Assembly: GCA_947177205.1 (NCBI GenBank)
Contig: CAMWTO010000001.1
Span: 4,090 to 68,089, forward strand
Origin: an uncultured Ruminococcus sp.
Lineage (GTDB): Bacteria; Bacillota; Clostridia; Oscillospirales; Ruminococcaceae
Direction of reading: 5' to 3'
DNA: 64,000 nt
The notes below the pieces were generated by a model that made no database searches, was not told the origin of the DNA, and saw nothing but the letters and a program-made list of their open reading frames with translations. How positions within the stretch are numbered: the stretch's first letter is position 1; each line of letters opens with the position of its first letter. A program made the position numbers and the translations under genes. Of this stretch, positions 62,683 through 64,000 are shown piece after piece.

Positions 62683-63310
62683 AAAAGTTTTAAAAAAATT
62701 CTTAAATAAAATTTTCAGAAAGGAGTGGATTCCCACGAATAAAGAGAATACAAATTATCAGGAGAATCCCGAAAATCCGGAAATCTCAGAAATTTCAGAA
62801 GAACAGGCAGTTCAGGAAAATCCGGAAAATTCAGAAAATCCGGAGAATCCAGAAGAAGCTGTCAGCGATCTGGATGAAATTGAGACATCTGACGAGCTGG
62901 AAGCTGAAAAAGACAGATATTTCAGACTGCTGGCAGATTATGAGAATTTCCGCCGGCGGACAGAGAAAGAAAAGCTTGCCATTTACGGCGATGCTACGGC
63001 GAAATGCGTCGAACAGCTCCTTCCGGTTGTGGATAATTTTGAACGTGCCATGGATGTGCCGTGTCAGGATGCCGAATATCACAAGGGAATGGAAATGATC
63101 TTCGGGCAGTTCCGGGGATTTCTGGAAAAACTCGGCGTGACGGAAATTCCGGCGCTTGGCGCAGAATTCAATCCGAATATTCACCAGGCAATCAAACGGG
63201 AAGAAGCAAGCGAAGAATTTCCGGAGAACACTGTCTGTGAAGTCTTCCAGAAAGGCTACATGCTCCAGGATCGTCTGATTCGTCCGGCAATGGTCGCTGT
63301 GGCAGGTTGA
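62657..63310 (+). CDS. grpE: nucleotide exchange factor GrpE with an unusual N-terminal extension
   Basis: The conserved core (..DRYFRLLADYENFRRRTEKE........A........LLPV.DNFERA...; C-terminal ..GY.L.DR..RPAMV.V) is clear. ATG 62657 is the only in-frame ATG before the core, and it overlaps hrcA by 26 nt. An AGGAG at 62721-62725 suggests a possible non-ATG internal start. Confidence 0.8.
   Translation: MKKIRKSFKKVLKKFLNKIFRKEWIPTNKENTNYQENPENPEISEISEEQAVQENPENSENPENPEEAVSDLDEIETSDELEAEKDRYFRLLADYENFRRRTEKEKLAIYGDATAKCVEQLLPVVDNFERAMDVPCQDAEYHKGMEMIFGQFRGFLEKLGVTEIPALGAEFNPNIHQAIKREEASEEFPENTVCEVFQKGYMLQDRLIRPAMVAVAG
62759..62857 (+). repeat. imperfect 45-bp (15-codon) duplication built of 9-bp GAAAAYYCN units inside grpE
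   Basis: CAGGAGAATCCCGAAAATCCGGAAATCTCAGAAATTTCAGAAGAA (62759-62803) and CAGGAAAATCCGGAAAATTCAGAAAATCCGGAGAATCCAGAAGAA (62813-62857). They encode QENPENPEISEISEE and QENPENSENPENPEE. Confidence 0.9.
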
Positions 63311-63342
63311 TTTAAATTAATTTTAAAAAATAATAAGCATGA

Positions 63343-64000
<658 letters not shown>

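Overview
This is a low-to-mid GC Firmicutes/Clostridia-type chromosome segment. Supporting traits: ymdB-spoVS synteny, a CIRCE-hrcA-grpE-dnaK operon, frequent TTG starts, AGGAGG ribosome binding sites (RBS), and near-consensus sigma-A promoters with extended -10 elements. Most of the window is housekeeping: deoD, typA, glmS, proS, alr, tatD, secDF, rmuC, malQ-glgP, nadBC, metG, a TPP riboswitch with thiT, serCA, nrdR, an rsuA-like gene, an MsmX-type ABC ATPase, and hrcA-grpE-dnaK (dnaK runs off the 3' edge). Three accessory parts stand out. (1) 14.1-21.1 kb holds a compact block of nine intact minus-strand phage-type genes: small and large terminase, portal, HK97-like capsid, protease/scaffold-like, connector-size proteins and two unknowns. 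No tail, lysis, integrase, repressor or replication genes are visible. The block sits between the spoVS terminator and a bidirectional terminator, and this is my top candidate for an unusual system. (2) 7.85-13.4 kb is a tandem array of four BspA-type leucine-rich-repeat (LRR) surface proteins, each with a signal peptide and a C-terminal TM anchor. A fifth LRR lipoprotein is translationally coupled to typA, and small AT-rich orphan ORFs are interspersed. (3) 29.1-33.9 kb is an operon of a double BcrAD/BadFG-type ATPase ('activase') with a dehydratase/double-cubane-like partner. Two patterns recur across the window. A 9-bp-periodic GAAAAYYCN module encoding E-N-S/P linkers appears in many unrelated CDSs. 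A shared promoter-spacer architecture (TCCGGAAAA..TATGC-TATAMT) also recurs. No rRNA, tRNA, CRISPR array, transposase or integrase was seen. All homology calls are by eye from motifs and synteny; no searches were run.
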